A DNA stretch of 63,643 bases from an uncultured Clostridia bacterium (GTDB taxonomy: Bacteria; Bacillota; Clostridia; Christensenellales; UBA1242), in contig CALVTD010000002.1 of the NCBI GenBank assembly GCA_944359935.1, positions 1 to 63,643 of the forward strand. The letters run 5' to 3'. The position numbers and the translations under genes are program-made. Below the pieces are notes generated by a model that did no database searches, had not been told where the DNA came from, and worked only from the letters and a program-made list of their open reading frames with translations. This document shows, piece by piece, positions 62,455-63,643 of the stretch (its first letter is position 1; each line of letters opens with the position of its first letter).

Positions 62455-63555
62455 ATGAAAACATATTCAACTGCTCCGCAAAAAGAGAAAGCGCTTTTGG
62501 TTGTTGTGCTTACAAAAAAAGGTGAAAGCAAAAACCGAAAGATAGACGAAATTACAAGATTGGCTGCTTCCACCGATTTGGAGGTGGAAGGAGTTTTTTC
62601 GCAAACAATCAAGGAATTTAATCGTGCAACTGTGATTGGAAGCGGAAAAGTTGAAGAAATTTGTGAATTTTTAAAGCAGCACCCTGTGGATGTTGTGATT
62701 GTTGACTACAAACTTGTAAGTTCACAGATAAAAAACCTCACCGATGCCTTTGGCACTAGGGTTATCGACAGGGTAGGGCTTATTCTTGACATCTTTGCAA
62801 AAGGCGCAAAAACCAATGAGGCCAAGTTGCAGGTTAAACTTGCACAAAACTTATACAATCTGCCTCGACTTGCCCAACTTAAAGGCACAAGCGGAAGGTA
62901 TGGCGGAGGCGGTGTTGGCATGCGCGGCCCTGGTGAAACCAAGCTTGAACTTGACAGGCGCTTGCTGGAAAAGGAAATTGATGTTCTTAAAAAACAAATT
63001 GCAAAAATTAAAGAGCAAAGAAATGTCAACAGGCGCGAGCGTGAAAAAAATGCGATTAAGCGTGTTGCGATTGTGGGCTACACAAACGCTGGCAAAAGCA
63101 GCCTGTTAAACGTGTTGACCAGAGATGACATTTATGTTAAGGATAAATACTTTGCAACGCTGGACACCACCAGCAGAAAGTTGTATCTGGATGGCGAAAC
63201 TGTGATGATAACCGACACGGTTGGCTTTATTAGCGAACTGCCTCACGAACTTGTGGACGCCTTTGCTTCAACTTTGGAAGAGGCAAGGGATGCGCATTTG
63301 ATTTTGCATGTGGTTGACCCAACTGCAACCTCACTGACAGAGGATAAGGAAAAATATTATATCGAGTCAATGCGCGTTACCAACAAGGTGCTGGATGACA
63401 TCGGCGCAACAGACAACCGAATTGTGGTGTATAACAAATGCGACCTTTTATCGCAGCGATTTGAATTGCTTCCAAATGAAATTTTTGTGTCAACAAAAAC
63501 CAAAGAGGGGATAGAGGACCTCAAAAAGATGATTAAGCAAAATTTATTTAATTAA
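62455..63555 (+). CDS. hflX: GTPase HflX
   Basis: HflX N-terminal domain (IGSGKVEEI, LIVDYKL..SQ..NL, VIDRVGLILDIFA). G1 motif is GYTNAGKSSLLN and G3 is DTVGF, with NKCD. I prefer the ATG at 62455 (MKTYSTAPQKEKALLVVV) over the track start at 62413. Confidence 0.85.
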   Translation: MKTYSTAPQKEKALLVVVLTKKGESKNRKIDEITRLAASTDLEVEGVFSQTIKEFNRATVIGSGKVEEICEFLKQHPVDVVIVDYKLVSSQIKNLTDAFGTRVIDRVGLILDIFAKGAKTNEAKLQVKLAQNLYNLPRLAQLKGTSGRYGGGGVGMRGPGETKLELDRRLLEKEIDVLKKQIAKIKEQRNVNRREREKNAIKRVAIVGYTNAGKSSLLNVLTRDDIYVKDKYFATLDTTSRKLYLDGETVMITDTVGFISELPHELVDAFASTLEEARDAHLILHVVDPTATSLTEDKEKYYIESMRVTNKVLDDIGATDNRIVVYNKCDLLSQRFELLPNEIFVSTKTKEGIEDLKKMIKQNLFN

Positions 63556-63559
63556 AAAA

Positions 63560-63590
63560 AGCAGCGCTTATTTTGCGCTGCTTTTGTTTT
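63560..63590. terminator. Terminator after hflX
   Basis: GCAGCGC-TTATTTT-GCGCTGC followed by a T-rich run. Confidence 0.75.
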
Positions 63591-63642
63591 CATTAAGTTT
63601 TTTAACCAAAAAATCAACATCAATCTCATGCACCTGTGCGGC
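63568..63642 (-). CDS. Possible 3' end of a minus-strand gene entering from the right edge (product unknown)
   Basis: The reverse-complement frame reads ...AAQVHEIDVDFLVKKLNENKSSAK-stop (TAA at 63568-63570). Only 24 codons are visible and they overlap the terminator hairpin. Confidence 0.25.
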   Translation of the reverse strand, partial: AAQVHEIDVDFLVKKLNENKSSAK

Positions 63643-63643
63643 C

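Overview
This 63.6-kb window looks like a chromosomal segment of a low-GC, spore-forming Firmicute, probably a Clostridia-type organism. The evidence is spoIIID, a SpoIIQ-like degenerate LytM protein, a SpoVB/MurJ-type flippase, a DUF421/DUF4363 pair, and extended -10 promoters. Most genes are housekeeping: cysS, recD2, comFC, a sirtuin, pth, mfd, acpP, a ttcA-like gene, uvrB, uvrA, fba and hflX. There are two tRNA genes, Leu-UAG and Glu-UUC.

The dominant feature is a single 18.7-kb ORF (30845-49546) encoding a 6,233-aa protein with an N-terminal lipoprotein signal. It is built from Ig-like arrays and about 40 GLUG-type beta-helix repeats.

My main candidate for something new lies directly downstream of it. 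A start-less paralogous copy of the giant protein's C-terminal module sits tail-to-tail with the gene. The two are linked by a 78-bp in-frame inverted repeat (73 of 78 positions identical). This geometry would allow inversion or gene conversion to swap the C-terminus.

Other accessory signals:
- An AT-rich ABC-F (ARE-like) gene sits next to tRNA-Leu and two decayed tRNA-Leu 5' copies.
- A repeat of about 185 nt occurs in two inverted copies, plus a 22-bp direct repeat at the 3' end of a GPH transporter gene.
- GC-rich hairpins lie upstream of a lipoprotein gene.
- A tandem duplication covers the tRNA-Glu 3' end plus its terminator.
- A small islet between the giant gene and uvrBA holds radC, two membrane-anchored winged-helix paralogs and an AT-rich orphan gene.
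- Several transcripts appear to be leaderless.

I found no CRISPR array, rRNA, transposase, integrase or phage structural gene. All product calls rest on motifs read by eye. No database search was possible.
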